Assembly (NCBI GenBank): GCA_965205945.1
Contig: CBDBIB010000001.1
Coordinates: 384,525 to 448,524, forward strand
DNA length: 64,000 nucleotides
DNA from: Bdellovibrionales bacterium
GTDB lineage: Bacteria > Bdellovibrionota > Bdellovibrionia > Bdellovibrionales > UBA1609
Reading direction: 5' to 3'
In this document: positions 45,366 to 55,525 of the stretch, in pieces
Numbering within the stretch: the first letter of the stretch is position 1
Layout of the letters: each line of letters begins with the position of its first letter
Position numbers and translations under genes: made by a program
Notes under the pieces: generated by a model
Database searches by the model: none
Seen by the model: the letters and a program-made list of their open reading frames with translations, nothing else
Told to the model about the DNA's origin: nothing

Positions 45366-45870
45366 TTAGATTCTAAATCTTTTATTTTTTTCATAAATTA
45401 ATTAAAACTCAATAATTTAATTGTATTTTTCCTTATTCCTATAATTTTTATACTCAAAACAATTTTTACTGCTCTCTTTAATATAGCTTTTTTACATTTT
45501 TTAAATCTAGAGTAATAGCAAACTTAACCCTACCTTTTTTATCTAAAAGTACAATGAGCAGTAATGAAAAAAATCACTCTAAACTCCATAGTATATAGGT
45601 TTTCTATATTAAAATTTTATAATATTAGTTTATAAACTTTAAAACTTCTTAGTAAATAGTTTATATAAATTAAACCCTTAATAAAATTAACTTAAAAAAT
45701 TTAGATTTTCAAAAAGATTTAAAAGAATGAGCCAATATTTTGAGCAATCCAGGTGTCAATGAATTACCTTAAAATTCATTTTCCAACTAAGATCTTATTT
45801 TTTGGTATTTCAAGCAATATTTTTTTTTTTGGTTGAGTTTTCAAGCTTCTAAATATTTAATCTTCATCCT

Positions 45871-46485
45871 ATGTCATACGGAAAAATGCCACCACAAGCC
45901 TATACAAAAGAGACTCTACAAAACGCTTTTGAGTGGTGGTCTCAGCAGCCCGAAGACCTAAGAAATCAAATCCAAGACAAAGATGACCTAGTAGGTTATT
46001 ATTTAAGACTCCATAGAGGTATTGAACCTCCAAAGAATGAAGGTGGTTTTACAAAAGCTGCAAAAGAATCCTTTTCTTTAGAACTTAAAGGACTGGTGAA
46101 AAATTTAGATGCCTTTGAAGGATATGAAGAAAAAATGATACAACCACCTACAAAATCCGAAGAAAAGCCAAAACCAAAATTCTGTGAGCAACTTAAAATA
46201 CCACAAGTTAAACACTCAACAACAACACCTGTATTTAACCCTTCAAATCAATTACAGTTTCCAAACATGTCAAAACCATTAATACCCACTAAAGAAGCTG
46301 ACATAATGATAAGCAAACCCTCAACCTTGGCAAATTCAAAAATTCAAGAAAAATTTTTTAAATTGGATGAAAAATCCAAAATATCTGTGGCTAAAACAAA
46401 AAAACTTTTAAACCTGTCTTCAGATGAAGAAGCTCTTCGTGCCCTTATTGCGTTAGGCAAATCTAGAATTAAAGAACTCATTTAG
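45871..46485 (+). CDS. hypothetical protein
   Basis: 204-aa ORF after a 505-nt AT-rich spacer; no motif recognised. Confidence 0.5.
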   Translation: MSYGKMPPQAYTKETLQNAFEWWSQQPEDLRNQIQDKDDLVGYYLRLHRGIEPPKNEGGFTKAAKESFSLELKGLVKNLDAFEGYEEKMIQPPTKSEEKPKPKFCEQLKIPQVKHSTTTPVFNPSNQLQFPNMSKPLIPTKEADIMISKPSTLANSKIQEKFFKLDEKSKISVAKTKKLLNLSSDEEALRALIALGKSRIKELI

Positions 46486-46556
46486 CCAAGACACTTTCCC
46501 AAAAACGTAAATCTTGCTAAGATTCTTATTGTAAAGCACTAGTTAAGGAACATCTT

Positions 46557-49319
46557 ATGAAACTCAAAGACAGTTTAAATTTACCAAAAACAAGCTTTCC
46601 AATGAAAGCCTTGTTACCTGAAAATGAACCTAAAAAAATTAAAACCTGGGACGATATAAATCTTTATCAAAAAATTCAAAATAGAAACAAAAACTCTGAA
46701 AAAATTTTTACAATGCCTGATGGACCCCCTTACGCAAACGGAAACATTCATTTAGGGCATGTTTTAAATAAAGTTTTAAAAGATATCACACTAAAATATA
46801 AAAATTTAAATGGGTTTAAAGCGCCTTTTATACCAGGCTGGGATGGCCATGGTTTACCTATTGAGCTAAAAGTTTCAAAAAACCTTGGCTCTAAAAGACA
46901 AGGCATGACGAAAAAAAAACTTAGACAATTGTGTCGTTTTGAAGTTTATAAGTGGGTTGATATTCAAAAAAAACAATTTAAACGACTCGGAATTTTAGCT
47001 GATTGGGAGAACCCATATATAACAATTGATCCTAAATATGAAGCCGAAGAAGTTAGAGAATTTGCCAGAATTTATGAAAATGGACTCATTTATAAAGGCA
47101 AAAAACCGGTTTATTGGTGCCCTACTTTACAGACCGCTTTAGCAGACACAGAAGTTGAATATATAGAGCGTGAAAGCCCCTCTATTTATGTAAAATTTAA
47201 AATTAAGCCTGAAACCTTGCCTTTAGCTCTTCGTAAATATGTAGATTTATCCGCTGTTATTTGGACAACAACTCCTTGGACGCTTCCTGCAAACCTAGGG
47301 ATTTCGGTACACCCAAAATTTAATTATCAAATTGTAGAAACAAATCATGGCAATCTTTTTTTAGCAAAAAAAATGATCGATAAGGTGGTTATGGAAACTG
47401 GTTTAAAAATCCAATCAAGGGGCGCCCAGATAGAAGGCCTTAAATTAGAAAGTATTGTTGCAAATCATCCATTTTTAAAACAATCTTCAAGGTTTTTACT
47501 TGGTGAACATGTTACTTTAGAGGCTGGCACTGGATTAGTTCATACCGCCCCTGGACATGGTGTAGATGACTACCAGGTAGGTTTAAAGTATGGCCTTAAA
47601 ATTTATAGCCCCGTAGGTCCTGATGGAAAATATACGAGTGACTATCCTCAACGTGAAGGTCAGCATATTTTTAAAGCTAATAATCTAATTGTCCAAGATT
47701 TAAAGGCTTTAGGGGCCTTAATATTTTCAAAAAATTTGAAACATAGTTATCCACACAATTGGAGATCTAAAACCCCACTAATCTATAGAGCAACTCCCCA
47801 ATGGTTTTTAAAGGTGGATGACAACGACTACAGTATTAGAAAAAATGCCCTAAAGCTAACTGAATCCGATATTAAATTCTACCCGGATTGGGGTAGGGCT
47901 AGACTTAAAGGAATGTTAAAAAATAGACCTGATTGGTGCTTAAGTCGCCAAAGAATCTGGGGTGTTCCCATTCCTGTTTTAATCTGTTCTTCATGTGAGA
48001 AAACACATATATCAACTTCATTTATAATGTCAGTTGCTGATAAAATGGAGAAATCAAAAAAAGGAATAGAGGCTTATTTTGAAGATGACTTATCCGATAT
48101 TACACCTTTAAAATGTGATAACTGCAACAATACAACCTTTAATAAAGGCGAAGATATTTTAGATGTTTGGTTTGATAGTGGTGTTTGTCATGCTGCTGTT
48201 CAAAGAAAACATAAAGATATGAAGGCTCAAGCAGATTTGTATCTTGAAGGTTCTGATCAACATAGGGGTTGGTTTCAAACAAGCTTGCTCTCTTCACTTG
48301 CTGCCCATAAAGAGGCTCCATTTAAGGCTTTAGTAACACATGGCTTTGTAAACGATGCTAAAGGCAGAAAAATGTCTAAGAGCCTTGGAAATGTTATTGA
48401 TCCACTAAAAGTTATTCAAAACTCGGGGGCTGAAATCTTAAGGCTTTGGGTTACATACGTAGACTACGGACAGGATATGAATGTTTCACAGGAAGTCTTT
48501 TTAAGGGTGACTGAGACTTATAGAAGAATTCGAAATACCATGCGTTTTATGCTAGGAAATCTTAATGGTTATGAACATAAAAATTTAGACCCTACAGACT
48601 TAAACTCCTTAGATCGCTGGATATTAGCTAAATTAGATAAACTTGTTCAAGATGTGACAACGGCTTTTGAAACGTATAATTATTATAAAGCCTATCATGG
48701 AATAAATTTATTTTTTACAGTTGATTTAAGCTCAAGGTATTTAGATATTTTAAAAGACAGGCTTTATGTAGAAAGTAAACACTCAAAATTAAGGAAATCA
48801 TCACAATTTGCCCTCTATAAAGTTCTTAAAACAACATCTGTTCTCATAGCCCCAATTTTATCTTTTTTATCAGAAGAAGTTTATGAGTATCTTCCTGAGT
48901 CTTTGGAAAAAGAAAAAAAAGAATCTATTTTCTTAGAAAATTACCCTATTTCAAATGAAAAATTTGCAAATAAAGACTTGATAAAAGAGTATGAAGAACT
49001 CTTTGAACTTAGGTCTGTCATTTCAAAATCTTTAGAGAAAATGAGGGATGATAAGAAGCTTAAAGCAAGTTTAGAGGCTAAAATTACAATATCTAAGACA
49101 GTCTTAAGTGCTAAAATGTGGGCGAAATATGGGGATCAACTAGCAGAATTTTTTATTGTTTCAAAAGTAAACTATGATAAAAACGGCAGTGAACTCGACG
49201 TTAGTTTGGCAGAAGGTGAAAAATGTCCCCGCTGCTGGCATATTGAATATTTAAAAGAACATAAATGTGGTAAAAAGATTTGTAATCGCTGCTCAAACGT
49301 AATGGATGAATTTTTATGA
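46557..49319 (+). CDS. ileS: isoleucine--tRNA ligase (type 1, C-terminal zinc finger)
   Basis: 'PPYANGNIHLGH' (HIGH), 'KMSKSLGN' (KMSKS) and C-terminal 'CPRCWH...CNRC'. Confidence 0.97.
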   Translation: MKLKDSLNLPKTSFPMKALLPENEPKKIKTWDDINLYQKIQNRNKNSEKIFTMPDGPPYANGNIHLGHVLNKVLKDITLKYKNLNGFKAPFIPGWDGHGLPIELKVSKNLGSKRQGMTKKKLRQLCRFEVYKWVDIQKKQFKRLGILADWENPYITIDPKYEAEEVREFARIYENGLIYKGKKPVYWCPTLQTALADTEVEYIERESPSIYVKFKIKPETLPLALRKYVDLSAVIWTTTPWTLPANLGISVHPKFNYQIVETNHGNLFLAKKMIDKVVMETGLKIQSRGAQIEGLKLESIVANHPFLKQSSRFLLGEHVTLEAGTGLVHTAPGHGVDDYQVGLKYGLKIYSPVGPDGKYTSDYPQREGQHIFKANNLIVQDLKALGALIFSKNLKHSYPHNWRSKTPLIYRATPQWFLKVDDNDYSIRKNALKLTESDIKFYPDWGRARLKGMLKNRPDWCLSRQRIWGVPIPVLICSSCEKTHISTSFIMSVADKMEKSKKGIEAYFEDDLSDITPLKCDNCNNTTFNKGEDILDVWFDSGVCHAAVQRKHKDMKAQADLYLEGSDQHRGWFQTSLLSSLAAHKEAPFKALVTHGFVNDAKGRKMSKSLGNVIDPLKVIQNSGAEILRLWVTYVDYGQDMNVSQEVFLRVTETYRRIRNTMRFMLGNLNGYEHKNLDPTDLNSLDRWILAKLDKLVQDVTTAFETYNYYKAYHGINLFFTVDLSSRYLDILKDRLYVESKHSKLRKSSQFALYKVLKTTSVLIAPILSFLSEEVYEYLPESLEKEKKESIFLENYPISNEKFANKDLIKEYEELFELRSVISKSLEKMRDDKKLKASLEAKITISKTVLSAKMWAKYGDQLAEFFIVSKVNYDKNGSELDVSLAEGEKCPRCWHIEYLKEHKCGKKICNRCSNVMDEFL

Positions 49320-49807
49320 AAAAAAAACTATTGTATTTAATTTCAATTTGTACACTTATCCTTGTTTTAGATCAAGTTATCAAAATTTATGTGCATACTA
49401 ATTTTAACCTTCATGAATCCAAAACAATTATAGACGGATTTTTTAGTTTTACGTATGTAAGAAATCCAGGTGCCGCCTTTGGTATGCTTAGAAATACTCC
49501 CGAACTGTTTAGACGTGTTTTTTTCCTAAGTGTTACACCCATTGCTATAGTCGTACTTTTTTATTTTTTAGCTACAATAAAACCTCAAGATATTTTTCAA
49601 ATAATAGCAATAAGTCTGATCTTTTCTGGAGCACTAGGAAATTATATCGATAGAGTTCGATTTGAATATGTAATAGATTTTCTAGATTTTTATATTGGAA
49701 ACATACATTACCCTGCATTTAATGTTGCAGATATTGCTATTGTTTGTGGTGTTTTTCTTTGGTTCTACTGTATTCTTAATGAAGATATGAAGAAGGCAAA
49801 GGCCTAG
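49316..49807 (+). CDS. lspA: lipoprotein signal peptidase II
   Basis: 'YVRNPGAAFG', 'GNYIDR' and 'VIDFLDF......FNVADI'; 4-nt overlap with ileS. Confidence 0.93.
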   Translation: MKKKLLYLISICTLILVLDQVIKIYVHTNFNLHESKTIIDGFFSFTYVRNPGAAFGMLRNTPELFRRVFFLSVTPIAIVVLFYFLATIKPQDIFQIIAISLIFSGALGNYIDRVRFEYVIDFLDFYIGNIHYPAFNVADIAIVCGVFLWFYCILNEDMKKAKA

Positions 49808-49810
49808 GCG

Positions 49811-50548
49811 TTGTTTGCGTATCTAAAAATTTTAAACTTTGAAATATCTGTCTATTTTTTATTTTTAAGCTTAACCTTTACATTTGCAGTACCATTGATC
49901 ATACAAAGAGCAAAAGCTTTATCGTTATCAACAATACATGCTCTAGATTTATATCTATTTGTATTGATTGGGTCCTTTTTAGGCTCTCGAGTAATGTATG
50001 TTCTTTATCAAGAGCCCTTTTTTTATTGGTCTAACCCTAAACAGATTTTCTTTTTCTGGAATGGTGGATATATTTTCTTTGGAGGATTTTTGGGCGCTAT
50101 TATTGCCGGGCTCATTTTTTGTCACATCCACAAAGAACCTCTTAAAAAATGGTTGAACTTTTCCATTCCAATTTTATCTTTAAGTTATGCTATTGGAAGA
50201 ATAGCATGTCTACTAAGTGGCTGTTGTTATGGAAAAGAGCTAAATGCTTGGTGGTCTGTATTTATGCATCATTCAAATAGGCATCCAACACAGCTCTATG
50301 CCTCAATAATGGAACTGTTTATTTTTAGTGTTTTAATTCTTGTGGAGAAGAAAAAAGGATTTAAGAGTTTTTTAGTCCTTCCTTGGTGGATGGTTCTTCA
50401 TGGAACAGCTCGTATTGTTATGGAGCAGTTTAGAGCAGATCCAAGGGGCATGAATCTTTTAGGAGTATCTATCTCTACAAACATTTCAGTAATTTTAATT
50501 ATTTTAGGTTTAATTTTATTCATTAAAAAATTAAAACTTAATCCTTAA
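49811..50548 (+). CDS. lgt: prolipoprotein diacylglyceryl transferase (TTG start as listed; exact start uncertain)
   Basis: 'FFFWNGGYIFFGGFLG', 'GRIACLLSGCCYGK' and 'HPTQLYASIMEL', in the ileS-lspA-lgt context. Confidence 0.82.
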   Translation: MFAYLKILNFEISVYFLFLSLTFTFAVPLIIQRAKALSLSTIHALDLYLFVLIGSFLGSRVMYVLYQEPFFYWSNPKQIFFFWNGGYIFFGGFLGAIIAGLIFCHIHKEPLKKWLNFSIPILSLSYAIGRIACLLSGCCYGKELNAWWSVFMHHSNRHPTQLYASIMELFIFSVLILVEKKKGFKSFLVLPWWMVLHGTARIVMEQFRADPRGMNLLGVSISTNISVILIILGLILFIKKLKLNP

Positions 50549-50671
50549 AAAGACAGCTATACTCTTTAACTCTACACCAATTAAACTAAATAACTTTTAA
50601 ATAAAATTTTATAAATATAACTTTAAAAACTTTAGTAAAAGTTAAATCAAAAAGATGTAAAATAGGTTTCA

Positions 50672-50848
50672 TTAATACAAATAAACCGCACCTAATCTAG
50701 CGACTAAATCATTACTCTGATCACCACCAACACCTGTTGCTTCGCTGTACTCACCATATGCCTCCACAATCAAAGTATTACCATCACTACTCAAGCTAAG
50801 GCTACAACCAAATTGATCACCCCCATGATTTAAAAAGTAAAAATTCAT
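50672..50848 (-). pseudogene. 58-aa orphan ORF with a single FG-GAP-like repeat (probable gene remnant)
   Basis: Not in the ORF track (<60 aa). 'GDQFGCSLSLSSDGNTLIVEAYGEYSEATGVGGDQSNDLVARLGAVYLY' resembles one FG-GAP/integrin-alpha-type repeat. No Shine-Dalgarno sequence upstream. Confidence 0.3.
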
Positions 50849-50901
50849 TATTACTTACAGATAAAAAATCTCATAGTCATAGTGAGCTTTTAAAGTTTAA
50901 A

Positions 50902-51924
50902 TTAAATATATAGCTCTGAGGAAGAAGCTGCCTTTAGTTTTTTTTCTATGGAATGTGGCCTAAAAAATTTACAACTAGAAAGCAAATAAAAATTAGCAAG
51001 GATTTTTAAACGACCTTTCTTTATAGCTGGATTAAAAGAACTCATAGCAGATCTGTGTAAAGAAATTTTTTCCTTAGTTTTCTTACTTATTTCCTTAGTA
51101 AAAGGGTTCGGTAGGGTTTTTTGTATGTGTCTTTTTAAAAGTTTTAAATGTTTTCGTATAAAATCATGATCACTAGAAAGAACACTGTCATAAAAACTAA
51201 TGAAAGTCATTTCAGAGTTTGAAAGTGCACACCCCATCCAAGGTGCTTGCTCTTCACCCATAAAAATAAATTTATTGTTTTGAAAATCACCAAGTTTTTC
51301 TTTAGCAATCTTAAATTTTGCAGTAATTACGTCAAAATCTTTTGATTTTTTAATCTTTTTCCTAAAGTCGTTAAAAAAATCTTTTTCTGGTAAAATATCA
51401 TTCAACTCTTGTACCGGGGCTGTCCAAATAACATGTTCAACTTGAATACGTGTTTTTCCATTAAGTTCAAGCAAGTTATAATTAGAGTCTTTAGAGGTTT
51501 TAAAAAGTGCTGTGATTTGACTATGTAAAAAAATATTTTTTACATTTTGAGTTGAAAAACTATTTTTTTTAATTCCTGTTACAATATAAGTTTTCTTAGA
51601 TGTAAAAATATCAATAAGATCAATTGTTGATATCTTTTTATCCCCAAAACCTATAAAAGGTATTAGTCCTTTTTTTCCACTACATAAAGTTTCTAAAAAT
51701 TCAGTATCATATTTAAAAAGATCTAAATTTTTTTCTTGCGTCCAAATTAAAGATTCAAGAGAAAAAAAATTTTCTTCACCCTCCCTCATTAAAGAGCCTC
51801 CAAGTTCACCAGAACTTTCAATCAGAATGGAATCTTTACCTTTAGTTTGAAGTTTTTTAAAAACACTAAGGCCTACAAGGCCTCCTCCAACTACTAAATA
51901 TTCAACCTTATTAGGGACTTTCAT
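50902..51924 (-). CDS. FAD/NAD(P)-binding oxidoreductase-like protein
   Basis: N-terminal Rossmann motif 'YLVVGGGLVGLSVF..L...G....ESS'; the remainder is unassigned. Confidence 0.5.
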   Translation of the reverse strand: MKVPNKVEYLVVGGGLVGLSVFKKLQTKGKDSILIESSGELGGSLMREGEENFFSLESLIWTQEKNLDLFKYDTEFLETLCSGKKGLIPFIGFGDKKISTIDLIDIFTSKKTYIVTGIKKNSFSTQNVKNIFLHSQITALFKTSKDSNYNLLELNGKTRIQVEHVIWTAPVQELNDILPEKDFFNDFRKKIKKSKDFDVITAKFKIAKEKLGDFQNNKFIFMGEEQAPWMGCALSNSEMTFISFYDSVLSSDHDFIRKHLKLLKRHIQKTLPNPFTKEISKKTKEKISLHRSAMSSFNPAIKKGRLKILANFYLLSSCKFFRPHSIEKKLKAASSSELYI

Positions 51925-51937
51925 AATTTTAATAACA

Positions 51938-53938
51938 TTACATCAAATCAACAGGGTCAACATTTATACTGATTCTAGACTGTGGTGGTAACTTTCCTAA
52001 AGCCTTAAGAACCCTCTTTATAAACTGCTGATGTTTTAAATCTTGTGAAAATTTTAAAACCACTTGAAAACGATATTCATTGCGTATTTTTCCTATAGGG
52101 GCTGGACAAGGACCCAAAATGCCTAAGTCTGAAAATTGAGGCCAGGCCGTTTTAAGTTGACTGCTAAGTTGAGCAAGCCTTCTAGCTAATAACTCTCCGG
52201 TTTTTTCAAATTTTGCTTTGATTAAAAAAGCAACCATTTTAGTAAATGGAGGGTAGTTAAAACTTTGTCTTATTTTAAGCTGTTCTAAGGCAAAATCCTC
52301 AAAGTTTTTTTCATTTAAATTTTCAAAAATTTTATGCTCAGGAGATCTTGTTTGAATAATAATTTCAGCCTTTTGTTCCCTCCTTCTACCCACTCGCCCA
52401 ATAACTTGTAGAATCTGTTGCAGACTTTTTTCAGAGGATCTAAAATCTGGAAAAGACAGTGCTTGGTCAGCATCTAAAATACCCATAAGAGTTAAATTCG
52501 TAAAATCTAAACCTTTTGCTATCATTTGAGTTCCAATAATGATCTCAAAATTTTGGTCTTCAATATCTTTAATAGCACATGAAAGCTGATTCTTTGTATG
52601 AATTTCATCACGATCAAATTTTAAAATTCTAACATTTGGAAAAATAATATTTAAATCCCTAAAAACCTGTTCAGTTCCAAGCCCAATCCTTTGAATTCTT
52701 TTATCATTACATTTAAAGCACTTAACAGGAGCCTTCTCACCGTATCCACAGTAATGACAATAAAGATCATTTTTATTATGTAAGGTTAACGATACATCAC
52801 AGTTTAAACATTTAAAGCCCTGACCACAAGAATAACACTGTATACAAGAGGCCCAACCCCGACGATTTAAAAAAAGTGCTACTTGTTTTTTTCTAGACAA
52901 ATGGTTTTCAATGCTATTTTTTAACTCCTTACTTAACCAAAAAGGATCACTTTTTTCTTTTGTCATATCAACAATTTTAGGTATAAAAACCCTTTGATTA
53001 AACACTTTCTCCTTTAAACGAATGTATGAGTATTTGCCTCTTTTAACATTGTTAAGACTTTCAAGGCTTGGTGTTGCCGACCCTAAAACAATCGGGATGT
53101 TTTTAAGTTGTGCTAATTTTAAGGCTGCATCTCTTGCGTGATATAAAAACTTTTCTTCTTGTTTAAAACTAGATTCATGTTCTTCATCTAAAATAATCAA
53201 TCCAATATTTTTAGAAGGGCAAAAGAGTGCTGAACGTGGACCTATTAAAATCTTTGTCTTCCCCTCAATAAAATCATACCAGGAATTAGTTTTTTGTCTT
53301 AAAGTAAGTTGACTATGGTAAACAGAAATCAGACCTCCAAAGCGTTCTATGAATCGCTTTTCAAGTTGTGGAGTTAGTGAGATTTCAGGAAGTAAGAAAA
53401 GTCCTTGTTTATTTTGTTTTAAAATCACTTCTCCAAAAAGCTCCATATAAATTTCAGTTTTACCAGAACTAGTCACACCGTGAAGAAGGTGGGTTTTAAA
53501 ATTATTAAGAGGTTTTATTTTATTTAAAGCATTTTTTTGAGCATCTGTTAGTGTTGCAACTCTTGTTGAATTAAGTGTTTTAGAATTTTTACGCTTTTCT
53601 TTTCGTGGAAGTGGAGGAAATATAGAGTTTATAACCAAGCCTATAGGATAGTGATAGTATTTAGCTATCCATTTTAACCACTCTAAGTGATGAGAATCTA
53701 AAATAAGGCTGTGCTCTTTAAAAATAGTGATTTCTTTGGTTTTAAAATCAGGTTCACCAGTCTTTAAGACAACTACCCCTGTAGTATTTTTCTTCCTTAA
53801 AGGTACAACGACTTGCTCTCCAATACTAAGTTCTTTTACACAGCTGTAAGTTAAACAAGTATCTAAGGGGGCAGGAATTGCGACTTCATAATAATGCACC
53901 CGGTTACTATATGCCTTTGTTTCAATTTGAGACAACAA
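51938..53938 (-). CDS. priA: primosomal replication restart helicase PriA
   Basis: Walker A 'GVTSSGKTE', DExH 'IILDEEHE', Zn-binding Cys clusters 'CYSCG...CLNCD...CHYCG...CFKC', 'GTQMIAKG' and 'GRVGR'. Confidence 0.94.
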   Translation of the reverse strand: MLSQIETKAYSNRVHYYEVAIPAPLDTCLTYSCVKELSIGEQVVVPLRKKNTTGVVVLKTGEPDFKTKEITIFKEHSLILDSHHLEWLKWIAKYYHYPIGLVINSIFPPLPRKEKRKNSKTLNSTRVATLTDAQKNALNKIKPLNNFKTHLLHGVTSSGKTEIYMELFGEVILKQNKQGLFLLPEISLTPQLEKRFIERFGGLISVYHSQLTLRQKTNSWYDFIEGKTKILIGPRSALFCPSKNIGLIILDEEHESSFKQEEKFLYHARDAALKLAQLKNIPIVLGSATPSLESLNNVKRGKYSYIRLKEKVFNQRVFIPKIVDMTKEKSDPFWLSKELKNSIENHLSRKKQVALFLNRRGWASCIQCYSCGQGFKCLNCDVSLTLHNKNDLYCHYCGYGEKAPVKCFKCNDKRIQRIGLGTEQVFRDLNIIFPNVRILKFDRDEIHTKNQLSCAIKDIEDQNFEIIIGTQMIAKGLDFTNLTLMGILDADQALSFPDFRSSEKSLQQILQVIGRVGRRREQKAEIIIQTRSPEHKIFENLNEKNFEDFALEQLKIRQSFNYPPFTKMVAFLIKAKFEKTGELLARRLAQLSSQLKTAWPQFSDLGILGPCPAPIGKIRNEYRFQVVLKFSQDLKHQQFIKRVLKALGKLPPQSRISINVDPVDLM

Positions 53939-53989
53939 GTGACCGTTTTTTTAAAGTCACTTTCTTTTTAATCCGATCCAGTAGATGAA

Positions 53990-55483
53990 ATGAATATAAA
54001 GTCACCAACATCTTTATTTAAAAAACAGGCCCCAATACCAATGCTTTTTACGCTCATGTTGCTGCTCCAAAATTGTGGAACTTCAGAAAATGATATTTCA
54101 GAGTCATTAAAAAATTATGAGCAGAGCCAAGCAGATAAACTACAGTTTGCCTTTGAGGCCACCATTGATCATATAGGTTATATGAGTTGTGATGGCACCC
54201 CTGAATTACAACAATCACCATATTTTACTTTTAAAGTTGGTGCCTATAATAATGGTGAGGGTTTAAAATTTAAAGACAATTTTATATCTTCAGTAGGCAA
54301 ATTATATGAAAATAAGGAAAAACTTTTATCCTATCTTGCTCAGTCAAAAAGAAATCAAGGTGCTGGAGCAGTCATGTCTATTCGTGAATCAGGTCAATTT
54401 AGGGGGCCTTTAACCTTAGAGGAGGGCAGAATAGAGGACTTTGTTGCCCCAATACTTTGGAATCTTGGAGCAAATCAACAGCTAGCAAACCCTAGTTTTT
54501 CATCATTACTTTACGATAATCCTCAAGGAGTCAACTACCTATCAGGTTTTAATGGAGTTTTTCAAAAATCGTTTGAAACAAGCCTATACTTTCCTAATAG
54601 TTCATTTGTCCGTCCTGCCCTTGAAGGGATTAGCTATTTAGCACTTACATTTGCAGTAAATGATCTAGCAGAGAATAATGGGTCAAAAGCAAGATCACCA
54701 TATGATGAAAAAGGGTTAAACCCAGCTGTAGATTCTTCAGTTTTTGGAAAAGGTTATAAAATGAAGTTTGCACAGTTTGATTCAAGAAGAATCAGTTCTC
54801 CTAGAGCTGTCCTTACTGAAGTCACCGGCTATGATTTAGAAAATGAATCAGGTCTTAATGAGAAATGGGTATGCCCCCCCAATGAACGCTACATTATTAT
54901 AAGAAATACTACTGATGCCACACGTAGGTTTGATGACTCTTTAGCGTTAAAAAATAATGGGACCTCAAATAACCCCTGGAATCTAGACTATGACGATGGC
55001 GGAAAAGGTGTTGGTGGCTACTATATGGAACGCATCTATCAAGATAGCGATGATAAAGATAACGATGGCAATAGGACAGAATTAATAAAATTTAGAAATA
55101 AGGTTTTATGTCCAACAATCCCAGATGAAATGCTAAGTGGTCACACAGAGCATACAGATCCAGCATGGAAAAGAATAAGAAATCTTTTAAGCCCCGATGA
55201 GTGGTATGTATATAGAGGAGAGAGGTATAATTGTATAGTTCCTAAAAAAAACAATGGCTCCTGCTATGGGAGACTTGAGCAGCCTTCTAGTGAAAATACC
55301 TTTCTTCAGTATTTTGCAAATGAGGATTTTATTGATCAAAAGTTAGCGGATGAGCGAAACTTTCAAAGTAATACAAGTATACCAAAACCAATTAGACCCT
55401 CTATAATAGACTGTGAAGCTAGCACACCTCCAGCCTCAGCGCGTCTTTGCCCTCATATCCTGTCAGTTTGCTACAAACAATAA
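53990..55483 (+). CDS. putative lipoprotein of unknown function (alternative start ATG 54041)
   Basis: 'MLFTLMLLLQNCGTSEN' is lipobox-like; a Cys-containing soluble domain follows. Confidence 0.5.
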   Translation: MNIKSPTSLFKKQAPIPMLFTLMLLLQNCGTSENDISESLKNYEQSQADKLQFAFEATIDHIGYMSCDGTPELQQSPYFTFKVGAYNNGEGLKFKDNFISSVGKLYENKEKLLSYLAQSKRNQGAGAVMSIRESGQFRGPLTLEEGRIEDFVAPILWNLGANQQLANPSFSSLLYDNPQGVNYLSGFNGVFQKSFETSLYFPNSSFVRPALEGISYLALTFAVNDLAENNGSKARSPYDEKGLNPAVDSSVFGKGYKMKFAQFDSRRISSPRAVLTEVTGYDLENESGLNEKWVCPPNERYIIIRNTTDATRRFDDSLALKNNGTSNNPWNLDYDDGGKGVGGYYMERIYQDSDDKDNDGNRTELIKFRNKVLCPTIPDEMLSGHTEHTDPAWKRIRNLLSPDEWYVYRGERYNCIVPKKNNGSCYGRLEQPSSENTFLQYFANEDFIDQKLADERNFQSNTSIPKPIRPSIIDCEASTPPASARLCPHILSVCYKQ

Positions 55484-55525
55484 ACTTAATTTGCGAAAAA
55501 ATATAATAGACGATAAATTTTAGGA

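Noticed and set aside
45366-45870. LexA/SOS box upstream of dinB in the 505-nt spacer
   Set aside because: No CTGT-N8-ACAG or TTAC-N3-GTAA type palindrome was seen, only a short AGATT-cta-AATCT inverted repeat at the start codon. That is not convincing.
48139-48321. 60-aa minus-strand ORF
   Set aside because: It is antisense to ileS.
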